Assembly: GCA_902760755.1 (NCBI GenBank)
Contig: CACWHK010000004.1
Span: forward strand, 12,666-76,665
DNA length: 64,000 bases
Direction of reading: 5' to 3'
Source of the DNA: an uncultured Lachnospiraceae bacterium
GTDB lineage: Bacteria > Bacillota > Clostridia > Lachnospirales > Lachnospiraceae
Program-made: the position numbers and the translations under genes
The notes under the pieces: model-generated
Databases searched by the model: none
Seen by the model: the letters and a program-made list of their open reading frames with translations, nothing else
Told to the model about the DNA's origin: nothing
In this document: piece by piece, positions 18,546 through 27,635 of the stretch
Layout: every line of letters begins with the position of its first letter
Numbering within the stretch: position 1 is the first letter of the stretch

Positions 18546-19823
18546 ATGGATGGAAGAGCAGTAAATACAAACCTGATCATTGCAATATCAGGTCTTGTGA
18601 TCAGTGGAATTGGTCTGATCCAGGTTTGTGTCGGCTTTCGTTACGCAAAGAAAACCAAGATGTTTTTCCTTCTGCTTTTCTCCTGTCTGATCGCGTATAT
18701 CGGCATGGATATTCTGGGGCAGCTGACGGAAGGAAACCCGAATACTGTGCTGATATCACGGTTGGCCCTTTTTCTGGAATCGGTATTTTCCTCCGTCCTC
18801 ATGCTGCTGCTTTCGGGATTCCTGCAGGAATCCTGTGGCATGGAACGAAAGAGGCATCCCCTGTTCATCACGTCCCTTGTTCTGTGGATCGTCTATATGG
18901 GGCTTCTGATCTTTACCCAGTTTACAACGGAGATCTATTACTATGATGCCGGAGGGAATTATCAGCGCGGACCCTGGTATCCCGTGCTTCTGATCCCGCC
19001 GGTGCTTCTTATGCTCGTAAACCTGATCGGCCTCATCCGCTATCGGAAGCGGCTCTCGGAGAAGCAGTGGTTTGCGTTTGCCATCTATCTGATCCTGCCC
19101 ATGATCGCCATGTTGCTCCAGATGCTGTTCTACGGAGTCTATGTGATCGTCCTCGGATCTGCCATGGCAGCCTCTTTCATGCTGACCTTCAACCTTATGG
19201 ATCAGACGGAGCGGTTCTATAAGCAGGAGGCGGAAAATGAGAAGCTGAAGGCAGAGATCCTCATGGCAGAGGTGCGGCCCCATTTTATCTTTAACAGCCT
19301 TACTGCCATCCGGGCCTGTCTGGATGAGCCGGAGAAGGCGGAGGAGGCGCTGAATCACTTTACGAAGTTCCTCCGCAGCAGTATCGACGTGCTGTCGGAG
19401 ACGGAGTGCATCCCTGTGACGCAGGAGCTGAATACGGTAGAGAACTATCTCTACCTGGCAAAGGAGCGCTTCGGCGAGAAGCTGACGGTGATCCGGGAGA
19501 TCCGGGACAGTGACTTCATGCTTCCTTCCTTCTCCATCCAGACACTGGTGGAAAATGCGGTTCAGCACGGGATACGTGAGAATAAGGGGGGCAGGGGAAC
19601 CCTGCAGATCCGGTGCTTCCGGAAGGACAGGACACATGTGATCGAGGTGGAGGATGACGGTACCGGCTTTCGGGAAGAGGCAACCGCTTCCGGGGATGAC
19701 CGGTCCCATATAGGCATCAGCAACCTGAGGGAACGCCTTCGGATGATGTGTGACGGGGTGCTGGAGATTGAAAGTGAAGCCGGGAAGGGAACCCTGGCCC
19801 GGATCCTGATTCCCGTGGCGTAA
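18546..19823 (+). CDS. LytS/YesM-type membrane sensor histidine kinase
   Basis: About 7 TM helices; PHFIFNSL H-box, QTLVENAVQHG, DDGTGF, HIGISN, GKGT. Confidence 0.92.
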   Translation: MDGRAVNTNLIIAISGLVISGIGLIQVCVGFRYAKKTKMFFLLLFSCLIAYIGMDILGQLTEGNPNTVLISRLALFLESVFSSVLMLLLSGFLQESCGMERKRHPLFITSLVLWIVYMGLLIFTQFTTEIYYYDAGGNYQRGPWYPVLLIPPVLLMLVNLIGLIRYRKRLSEKQWFAFAIYLILPMIAMLLQMLFYGVYVIVLGSAMAASFMLTFNLMDQTERFYKQEAENEKLKAEILMAEVRPHFIFNSLTAIRACLDEPEKAEEALNHFTKFLRSSIDVLSETECIPVTQELNTVENYLYLAKERFGEKLTVIREIRDSDFMLPSFSIQTLVENAVQHGIRENKGGRGTLQIRCFRKDRTHVIEVEDDGTGFREEATASGDDRSHIGISNLRERLRMMCDGVLEIESEAGKGTLARILIPVA

Positions 19824-19853
19824 GCGGAATCGATGAATAAAGAGGTACAGTAA

Positions 19854-20660
19854 ATGAAGATTCTGATCGTGGATGATGAACGGACGGCACTGCGAGACCT
19901 GGAGAGGGCCCTCGGCAAGGTGGTTCCGGAAGCTGGGATTGACAGTACGGATGAGGTGGACACGGCACTCGCTCTTTGCAGGGAGCGGGAGTATGATGTG
20001 GTATTCCTGGATATTCATATGCCGGAACGGGACGGTCTCAGTCTGGCAAAGGAGATGAAGCAGATCCGCCCCATGCTGAATATCGTTATGGTGACGGCGT
20101 ATCCGAACTACGCACTGGATGCCATGAAGCTTTATGTCAGTGATTATATCCTGAAGCCTGCCATGGCGGAGGATCTGAAGAATGCGCTTACGCACCTCCG
20201 GAACCCGGTGCAGACGAGGCAGAAGGGGCTCTATGTCCGGTGCTTCGGGAATTTCGAGGTCTTCCTGGACGGAGAGGTTGTCCGGTTCAGCCGTGCGAAG
20301 GTAAAGGAGCTCTTTGCCTATCTGGTTGACCGGAAGGGGTCCACCTCGACCAACGCCGAGCTCCGCGCCATTCTGTGGAAGGATGATGTATCGGATGATC
20401 AGAAGCAGCGGAAGTATTTCGCCCAGATCGTATATGAGCTAAGGCAGAAACTGGAGGAACTGGGCTACGGAGATATCTTTACCCAGAGCCGGGATTCCTA
20501 TGCGCTGATCCCGGAAATAATCCCCTGTGACTACTATATGGCGCTGGACCGGGATCCGGATGCCATAGCCCGGTACGAAGGGGAGTATATGAGTCAGTAT
20601 GAGTGGGCAGTGAATCGTCTGGGCATCCTGAATAAGGAGCTTCATTTTATCAGTGTGTGA
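19854..20660 (+). CDS. Response regulator (REC + winged-helix/SARP-like output)
   Basis: IVDDE, FLDIHMP, YILKP; C-terminal CFGNFEVF...KELFAYLVDRKG. Confidence 0.9.
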   Translation: MKILIVDDERTALRDLERALGKVVPEAGIDSTDEVDTALALCREREYDVVFLDIHMPERDGLSLAKEMKQIRPMLNIVMVTAYPNYALDAMKLYVSDYILKPAMAEDLKNALTHLRNPVQTRQKGLYVRCFGNFEVFLDGEVVRFSRAKVKELFAYLVDRKGSTSTNAELRAILWKDDVSDDQKQRKYFAQIVYELRQKLEELGYGDIFTQSRDSYALIPEIIPCDYYMALDRDPDAIARYEGEYMSQYEWAVNRLGILNKELHFISV

Positions 20661-20683
20661 TACGTGACAAATGATGATGCAAT

Positions 20684-20727
20684 AAAAATGAACCGCAGAA
20701 GGTGTCAGCCTTCTGCGGTTCGTTTTT
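20684..20727. terminator. Bidirectional intrinsic terminator
   Basis: AAAAATGAACCGCAGAAGG / CCTTCTGCGGTTCGTTTTT between convergent genes. Confidence 0.85.
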
Positions 20728-20745
20728 ATTGATACTTAACTGTGT

Positions 20746-22359
20746 TTACGGATTTACGCAATATCCCTTTGCATCAAAGGTGTAGCTCTTTCCGTCGATC
20801 ACGAGAGTCCGGTTCTTAGCATACCATCCGGATGTGTCGCTGTAGTACCAGCCGTTGGAATCCTGCTTCCAGGAAGCCTTCTTGCTGCCGTCCCATGCGC
20901 CGTCTTTTCCGATATAGTATCCGTCTACATACTCACACTCTGCGATATATCCGTCAGCGTGGAAGTAATACCACTTACCGTTGATCTTCTTCCAGGTTTT
21001 AGCCAGCCAGGAACCATTCGGAAGGCTGTACCACCAGCCTGTGGAGGTCTTTCTCCAGCCTGCTTTCTTGTTTACGCCGTCCCAAGCACCGTTCTTCTTA
21101 AGATAGTAGCCCTCGCGGTAAGCGTTTTCTTCCATGTAGCCGTCTTCGTCAAAGAAGTACCACTTGCCGTCGATCTTCATCCAGGCGTTCTGCGGATAGG
21201 ACTCATCGGGCATCTCGTATCTCCAGCCCTTGGAATACTTCTTCCACTGGGAGATGGTTGATATGATGCATACCGGCTCCGTATCGTTATAAAGCAGATT
21301 GCCGACGATCATGTACCATACATAGTAGGTTCCCTTATCCTTCGCGGTAGGAACTTCGGTGCTCCAAGCTGTATCTTCGATATCCTCATCTACGTCATAT
21401 TCCGGAGCGATGATAGGATCCTCGCCAAGAGCGTAGTAGTAGGTTCCGCCCTTGCATTCGCCTTCGGTTACAAGTGCCTGAGCCTTCTTGTTGTAAGTAA
21501 GAGCCTTTCCGGCGGGTTCGCTTTCCACTACCGGGTCCTTCAGGACGATCAGCTTCTTGGCTTCTTCAATCAGCTTTCCGATCACTTCCTTAACTTCTTC
21601 GATCTTCGCGGGAACCTTTTCCTTTACGGTTGCGATAAGCCCAGCAGCCTTTTCCTTTGCAGCGGTAAGAAGCTTCTCACCGGCTTCCTTTGCTTCTGCA
21701 AGAACCTTCTCTGCGGCTTCCTTTGCCTTTTCGATTACCTCGGGTGCCTTATCCTTTACTTCTGCAATGATCTTTTCTGCGGCTTCCTTCGCCTGAGCAT
21801 ACTTCTCAGCAGCAGCTGCCTTTGCATTGGCGATGAACTCCTCAGCCTTTTCCTTAGCTTCTGTCAGGGACTGCTTCAGCTGTTCCGCGGTCTCTTTTGC
21901 TTTCTCCAGAAGTGCTTCGCTCTTCTCCTTAACTGCCGTTACGAGCTGCTCGCCCTTTTCCTTGGCATCTGCAATGAACTGTTCAGCCTTTTCCTTGGTG
22001 TCGGCCAGAAGCTGCTCAGCCTTCTCCTTGGCATCGGCAACGAACTCCTCTGCGGCTTCCTTTGCTTCGGCAATCTTCTCACTGATACGTTCGGACAGCT
22101 CCGGTACCAGAGTGTCGATATAATCCTGAACATCAGCAAGCAGCACCTTCAGGTCTTCCATGATCTGCTGAAGGCTCTCACTAAAGACGTCGTCCATTTC
22201 GACCGGATCGCCTTCGCCACCCTCATTTTGGACTACGATATCATCACCTGCAGGAGCGGCAAAAACCGGTGTTCCGCTTAAGGATAATGACATGGCAGCA
22301 GCAAGAACCAGAGTGAGGAATCTGCCTGCTTTTTTCTTCCGCATGGTCTTTTGCTTCAT
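20746..22359 (-). CDS. Secreted surface protein: 11-mer helical repeats, Ig-like domain and cell-wall-binding repeats
   Basis: Signal peptide (PVFA/A); AKEKAEQ-type 11-residue repeats; ALTYN...GTYYVWY domain; Trp-rich tail. Confidence 0.8.
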   Translation of the reverse strand: MKQKTMRKKKAGRFLTLVLAAAMSLSLSGTPVFAAPAGDDIVVQNEGGEGDPVEMDDVFSESLQQIMEDLKVLLADVQDYIDTLVPELSERISEKIAEAKEAAEEFVADAKEKAEQLLADTKEKAEQFIADAKEKGEQLVTAVKEKSEALLEKAKETAEQLKQSLTEAKEKAEEFIANAKAAAAEKYAQAKEAAEKIIAEVKDKAPEVIEKAKEAAEKVLAEAKEAGEKLLTAAKEKAAGLIATVKEKVPAKIEEVKEVIGKLIEEAKKLIVLKDPVVESEPAGKALTYNKKAQALVTEGECKGGTYYYALGEDPIIAPEYDVDEDIEDTAWSTEVPTAKDKGTYYVWYMIVGNLLYNDTEPVCIISTISQWKKYSKGWRYEMPDESYPQNAWMKIDGKWYFFDEDGYMEENAYREGYYLKKNGAWDGVNKKAGWRKTSTGWWYSLPNGSWLAKTWKKINGKWYYFHADGYIAECEYVDGYYIGKDGAWDGSKKASWKQDSNGWYYSDTSGWYAKNRTLVIDGKSYTFDAKGYCVNP

Positions 22360-22536
22360 CCAGTTAATACCTCCTTCTTCATTTTGATCACAAATTGATA
22401 TGGTTTTATTTCATTTTTGGACACGGGAATCGCCCAAAATCTCACTTTAATCATATCACGTTCCATGGGCCATGCGCTACTGCTTTCTTACAATTTTTCT
22501 TAATATTTCGTGAAAAAAGGCGATAATTATACAGAC

Positions 22537-22570
22537 TGTGATACTGCTGTGATACTTGGGTTGGTATAAT
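22537..22570 (+). promoter_or_regulatory. Activator-type promoter, copy 1
   Basis: TGTGATAC (22537), 3 nt, TGTGATAC (22548), 9 nt, TATAAT (22565). Confidence 0.75.
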
Positions 22571-22605
22571 CTTGCCGTTAACATCAGATAAGGGGAGAGA
22601 GTTTC

Positions 22606-23784
22606 ATGTATTATGCAAGCATAGGTGTTTTATCCCTGATCATTCACGTCATTATCAATTTCGAGGCATTAAAGAAGAGAAACAGCCACAGGGTCAAGCT
22701 GTCCCAGGTAAGATACCGGCATTTTCTCTATGCTGTCATGCTGTTTTATATCTCGGATATCCTGTGGGGATGGTTCTATGAGCAGCACTGGATCGTTCCG
22801 ACATATATCGATACCATGCTGTTCTTTATTTCCATGGGAGCATCCGTACTGATCTGGACCAGATTCGTTGTAGCCTTTATTGATAATCAGGGAAGGTTCG
22901 GAGTTCTGCTTAAGGCGGGGGGCTGGATGATCTTTACCTTCCAGCAGGTTACCCTGATCATCAACTTCTTTACACCCATTGTTTTCAGATTCATGGAGAA
23001 TGATGAGTATAAGACCGGTCCGGTGAGAAATATCTCGCTAGTCCTTCAGATGATCCTTTTCATAATCGCTTCGATCTACACTCTGAGTGTTTCTGCCAGA
23101 GTGAAGGGAGAGACGCGGGCGCATCACCGGACCATAGGCTTTTCCGGGATCGTGATGTCCCTTTTTATCCTGCTTCAGTGCCAGTATCCCCTGATGCCGT
23201 TTTATTCCATCGGTTGTCTTCTTGCCACCTGCACCATTCACTCCTTTGTGTACAAGGATGAGATGCTGGAGCATTTTAAGGAAATGGAAGTCGCAAGAAG
23301 GATGGCCTTCCGGGATCCGCTTACCGGGGTTCGAAACAAGCTGGCTTATCTGGAGGTTCTGAAGGAGATCGAGCTTCGGATAGAGAGGAAGGAGCTTACG
23401 GAGTACGGTGTTGCCGTATTTGATCTGAACGGGCTGAAGGAGGTTAACGATACCCGCGGCCATGACGAGGGTGATGAGTATATTAAAAGTGCGTGCAGCC
23501 TGATCTGTCATGTATTTCAGCATAGTCCGGTTTTTCGGATCGGTGGAGATGAGTTTGCAGCGGTTCTGGAGCGAGATGATTATCAGAACCGGAAAGCACT
23601 GCTGGCGGAGTTTAATGCTGCGGTGGAGAAGAATCTGAGGAACAATGATGTGGTGGTCGCATGCGGGATCGAAGCCTATGATCCGAAGATCGATACCAGT
23701 TACAACGATGTGTTCCGCCGGGCAGATAAGAATATGTATGTTCGAAAAGAGGCATTGAAGGAGATGAACGTCGAAGGGAGATGA
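22606..23784 (+). CDS. Membrane-bound diguanylate cyclase
   Basis: About 7 TM helices; DPLTGVRN, DLNGLKEVNDTRGHDEGD, RIGGDEF. Confidence 0.92.
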   Translation: MYYASIGVLSLIIHVIINFEALKKRNSHRVKLSQVRYRHFLYAVMLFYISDILWGWFYEQHWIVPTYIDTMLFFISMGASVLIWTRFVVAFIDNQGRFGVLLKAGGWMIFTFQQVTLIINFFTPIVFRFMENDEYKTGPVRNISLVLQMILFIIASIYTLSVSARVKGETRAHHRTIGFSGIVMSLFILLQCQYPLMPFYSIGCLLATCTIHSFVYKDEMLEHFKEMEVARRMAFRDPLTGVRNKLAYLEVLKEIELRIERKELTEYGVAVFDLNGLKEVNDTRGHDEGDEYIKSACSLICHVFQHSPVFRIGGDEFAAVLERDDYQNRKALLAEFNAAVEKNLRNNDVVVACGIEAYDPKIDTSYNDVFRRADKNMYVRKEALKEMNVEGR

Positions 23785-26700
23785 AGGATATGATGGGGGC
23801 TGAAAAAAGAACAAATGTAAGGAAAACAGGCAGGGCGAGAAAGAGACTTTTCGCCCTGCTTCTGTCCATCGGACTTTTGCTGCCGCAAGGGATGCCGGTG
23901 GCAGCAAAGACCGTAAATGATAACGGTTCAGATGCTTTGGTTGAGAAGGATGAACTGGTACCGGGAACCTATGTTGAGGGTGAAGCAATCGTATGCTATA
24001 AAGCCGGGGGAGATCCGGCCTCAAAGCCTGAAGATCAGGTAAAGCAGGAGGTAGAGAAGACACTGGAGAAGGAACAATCTGTGGATGATGCGGAGGTATT
24101 GCTTACGGTAGAGGATGTAAGTGGTGTCGAAGATATCATATCAGGGGAGACCGAAACAGCGGAGTCTCTTACGGCATATGAGGAGGAAACAGTGGCTCCG
24201 GGGATGATCACCCTGGTCCGTTCCGACCGGCTTTCCACGGAGGAGCTTCTGGCGGAGCTCCGCCTGCGGGAGGATGTTCTTTATGCGGAACCGAACTATA
24301 TCATAAGTCCCCAGTCTGCGGACTATACCGACCGTCAGTGGGGGAATGATTCCACCTACGGCATGGGCGTGGATGGCTGGAATACTTACAGCGGTACCGC
24401 ACCGACACCTTCGGTAGATACCTCGGATCAGGTTGTTGCGATCATTGATTCGGGTGTGGACTATACCCATGAGGATCTGAAGGATGTGATGTGGAACCGG
24501 GGACGGGAGTATCCGTCGCTGGTTGCCATGGGCGGAGGAGGCTTTGGCATCTGCACGGCTTACAGGGATGTGGGCGGAGGTGTCCTTGATACAACGGATC
24601 CCAGGGATCAGTACGGTCATGGAACCCACTGTGCCGGCATCGTGGCGGCTGCCTGGAACGGCAGCGGAGTCAGCGGTGTTACCTCCGGTGCAAAGATCAT
24701 GGCGGTCAAGGTCTCCAACATGGCCGGCAACTTCCCTGAGGATGCCATCGTCCGCGGTTATCAGTACGTGCTCGAGGCAAAGAAGGCCGGGGTGAATGTG
24801 GTCGCGACCAACAATTCCTACAGCCGTTTCATGCAGACCCTGACGAATTCGATCCTTGTCGAGGAAGCGGGAAAGCTGGGGATCGTTTGTGTCTATGCGG
24901 CAGGAAATGAAGATCTGGATCTTTCCATGACGAATTCCACCTCTGTCTTTACGGGCCAGCCGCGGAACTCCCTGGTGATCGGAGCAAGTGATGTGAAGGG
25001 GAATAAGGCCTCCTTCAGCAATTATGGACCGAAGGATGTGGACGTTTTTGCGCCTGGGGATAATATCTGGTCCACGGTTATGATGCAGAGGGGACGTCCC
25101 ACAAGGAAGACGCCTGTGTTTTCCGTGGATGGAAAGCCATATGAGGTGGACTTTTCGACGAGTGAGACTACGGAGGAGCCGATCATCGGGCTTTCGGGAG
25201 AGAAGGTGGAGCTCTCCATCCGGACCGTCGGAGACGGAAAGAAGGCCCTTCATGTAAAGAATACGGACACCTCCAAAGAGATTATTTTTCATACCCGGAC
25301 ATTTGCGGATCTGAAGGATTGCCCGGGTGGGTGCCTTGAGATCTATGCAGAGAAGGAGGCCTCCTTCCAGTATGGTGTATATGTGATGGAGGGAAATGAT
25401 GATTCCACTGCGAAGAAGGCCTACAGTGATGTTGTGACGCTGGTGCCGGGGCTGAATGATATCGGTTTCCTGTGCACGGGAGAGACCGATGATATTCCGG
25501 AGGAGAATGTCAGCCTTCTTTTCAAGGTGAATGTGAATGCAAGTGAGGACCTGTCGATCTTCTATCCGGATTTTTATATCCGAGGTATCCGCATGTGCTC
25601 AGCGCTTGAAAACTACGAATCCTGGAGCGGAACCTCCATGGCAACGCCCATGGTGACCGGAGGAGTTGCGGTGCTTGCAGCAGTGTTCCCGGAGGATCCG
25701 GCAGCAAAGCTTGCAGCAAGAGTTGCAGGAAGTGTGGAAAGAAGAGAGGGACTTGACGGGAAATGCCTTTCCGGAGGAATCTTCCGTCTGGATAAGGCCA
25801 TCGCAGGCGATACGGTTCCCGTACCCCAGAAGGCGGATGTGGAAGGAAGCCTTCTTACGGTGGAAGGATACTTCTTCGGGGATACAGCCGGAAGTATCTC
25901 TCTTGGCAACGTGAACTGTACCGTGAAGTCCTGGACGGATGAGAAGATCACCGCTGAGCTTCCGGAGGATTATGAACCGGGAGAAAACCGGATTGAGGTA
26001 ACCTCCGGGAAAGGCTCGGGGCATGCATATTTCCGTCTGGGTACGGCAGCAGAGCTCTGGCCGAGACTTCCCCTTCCGGGAAGTACGCTCTCGGAATCCG
26101 GAGAGTATATCGTCACGGAGGAGGCAAAGCGAAACTATCCGGATTTCTATCTGGGAGCCGTGAAGTCCATAATCGTGATGGAAGAAGAACTGTACGCCTT
26201 TGTGGAGGGTCTGGAGCAAAAAACAGCGGTTTACCGGTATCAGATCAGCAAGAAGACCTGGGATGTGGTTCTTACAAGTAAAGACTATGCCCCTACGGAT
26301 GGGATCACGGCCTGGAACGGGAAGATCCTGATCCTGGGGATCGCGCCTACGAAGAATACGACAGCCATCGGTTTATTCGATCCGAAGGCGAATACACTCT
26401 CCTGGACCGCCTTTGACGAAGGAAACAATGAAAAGATGGTTCATATGGTCAATAACGGATACGGAATCTTCCTGATCGGAGGGGTCACAATGACCTATGA
26501 TGATCCGCAGAGTGAGTGCCCCGTCCCCCGGTGCCGTCAGCTGAACCCGGTAACGATGGAGGTGACGGAGCCGGAGGATGAGGCGGCGTCCTATATCACA
26601 AGGTGTGTAAGCCTCTCTGCAAAGGAGGATGGAACTGTCATTGGCGTAACCGGAGAGGATATCAATCCGGGCGGTATGGAGTACATCACGGTATCATTTC

Positions 26701-27629
26701 AGGGAGATAAGTATAAAAAGGTAACGGAGAGTAACCTGAAAGGACTCTTTAAGGAGCTTGCGCCGAATATCCACGCAGGCTGCAGCTGCCTGGCAACAAA
26801 GGACGGACTCCTTTTATTCGGGCCTGTCATAAAGGATGAGGAGGATTTGGTTGTAGCAGACAGCTATCTTCTTTCCGATGACGGAAAGAAGATGACGAAG
26901 CTGCAGAAAGTCCTTTCCCGGCGACCGACACAGAATATTGTAACTGCAGCCGGTGACGGCAGCGGTTATGTTATCGGAATGAACCCCGGCGAAGAGGGCT
27001 ACTATGTCTTTGCAGAGGTGAAGGCGGATATGATTCCCCAGTATGGAATGAAAGCTTACTCCAATGAGTGGGTGGACGGTATCCGGTACGGGAAGGACGG
27101 CTTCCGGAGCCTTACACATAAGGAGAAGGCTGTCTGGAAGAAGAATAAGACCGGATGGTGGTATGAAGACGCCTCCGGCTGGTATCCGAAGAAGTGCTGG
27201 CAGAAGATCGACGGAAAGTGGTATTATTTCAATGAGAAGGGTTATATGGAAGCGGATGCCTATCGCAGCGGATATTACCTTACGGCAGATGGTGCCTGGG
27301 ACGGACGGGCGAAGGCATCAGGCTGGAAAGAGGACAGCAGGGGCTGGTGGTACTCTTTGGACAAAGAAAACTATCTCTCAAACGGCTGGAAAAAGATTGA
27401 CGGAAAGTGGCATTATTTTAAGGAATCAGGTTATATTGCCGTAAATGAATTCGTTCGGGGCTGGTGGATCAACAAGAACGGCATTCAGAGTGATCCCGTA
27501 CACTACGGTTGGCATAAAACCGACACCGGGTGGTGGTACGGTGCGAACGGTGGATGGTATGCAAAGGGCAAAACCTATATCATCGACGGGAAAAGCTACG
27601 CTTTTGACAGGAATGGCTACATGGAGTGA
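23781..27629 (+). CDS. Cell-surface S8 subtilisin-like serine protease with IPT-like domain and cell-wall-binding repeats
   Basis: IIDSGVD, HGTHCAG, AAGNE and SGTSMATP catalytic motifs; ATGA overlap with the upstream gene; Trp-rich tail. Confidence 0.92.
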   Translation: MKDMMGAEKRTNVRKTGRARKRLFALLLSIGLLLPQGMPVAAKTVNDNGSDALVEKDELVPGTYVEGEAIVCYKAGGDPASKPEDQVKQEVEKTLEKEQSVDDAEVLLTVEDVSGVEDIISGETETAESLTAYEEETVAPGMITLVRSDRLSTEELLAELRLREDVLYAEPNYIISPQSADYTDRQWGNDSTYGMGVDGWNTYSGTAPTPSVDTSDQVVAIIDSGVDYTHEDLKDVMWNRGREYPSLVAMGGGGFGICTAYRDVGGGVLDTTDPRDQYGHGTHCAGIVAAAWNGSGVSGVTSGAKIMAVKVSNMAGNFPEDAIVRGYQYVLEAKKAGVNVVATNNSYSRFMQTLTNSILVEEAGKLGIVCVYAAGNEDLDLSMTNSTSVFTGQPRNSLVIGASDVKGNKASFSNYGPKDVDVFAPGDNIWSTVMMQRGRPTRKTPVFSVDGKPYEVDFSTSETTEEPIIGLSGEKVELSIRTVGDGKKALHVKNTDTSKEIIFHTRTFADLKDCPGGCLEIYAEKEASFQYGVYVMEGNDDSTAKKAYSDVVTLVPGLNDIGFLCTGETDDIPEENVSLLFKVNVNASEDLSIFYPDFYIRGIRMCSALENYESWSGTSMATPMVTGGVAVLAAVFPEDPAAKLAARVAGSVERREGLDGKCLSGGIFRLDKAIAGDTVPVPQKADVEGSLLTVEGYFFGDTAGSISLGNVNCTVKSWTDEKITAELPEDYEPGENRIEVTSGKGSGHAYFRLGTAAELWPRLPLPGSTLSESGEYIVTEEAKRNYPDFYLGAVKSIIVMEEELYAFVEGLEQKTAVYRYQISKKTWDVVLTSKDYAPTDGITAWNGKILILGIAPTKNTTAIGLFDPKANTLSWTAFDEGNNEKMVHMVNNGYGIFLIGGVTMTYDDPQSECPVPRCRQLNPVTMEVTEPEDEAASYITRCVSLSAKEDGTVIGVTGEDINPGGMEYITVSFQGDKYKKVTESNLKGLFKELAPNIHAGCSCLATKDGLLLFGPVIKDEEDLVVADSYLLSDDGKKMTKLQKVLSRRPTQNIVTAAGDGSGYVIGMNPGEEGYYVFAEVKADMIPQYGMKAYSNEWVDGIRYGKDGFRSLTHKEKAVWKKNKTGWWYEDASGWYPKKCWQKIDGKWYYFNEKGYMEADAYRSGYYLTADGAWDGRAKASGWKEDSRGWWYSLDKENYLSNGWKKIDGKWHYFKESGYIAVNEFVRGWWINKNGIQSDPVHYGWHKTDTGWWYGANGGWYAKGKTYIIDGKSYAFDRNGYME

Positions 27630-27635
27630 TTTTGC

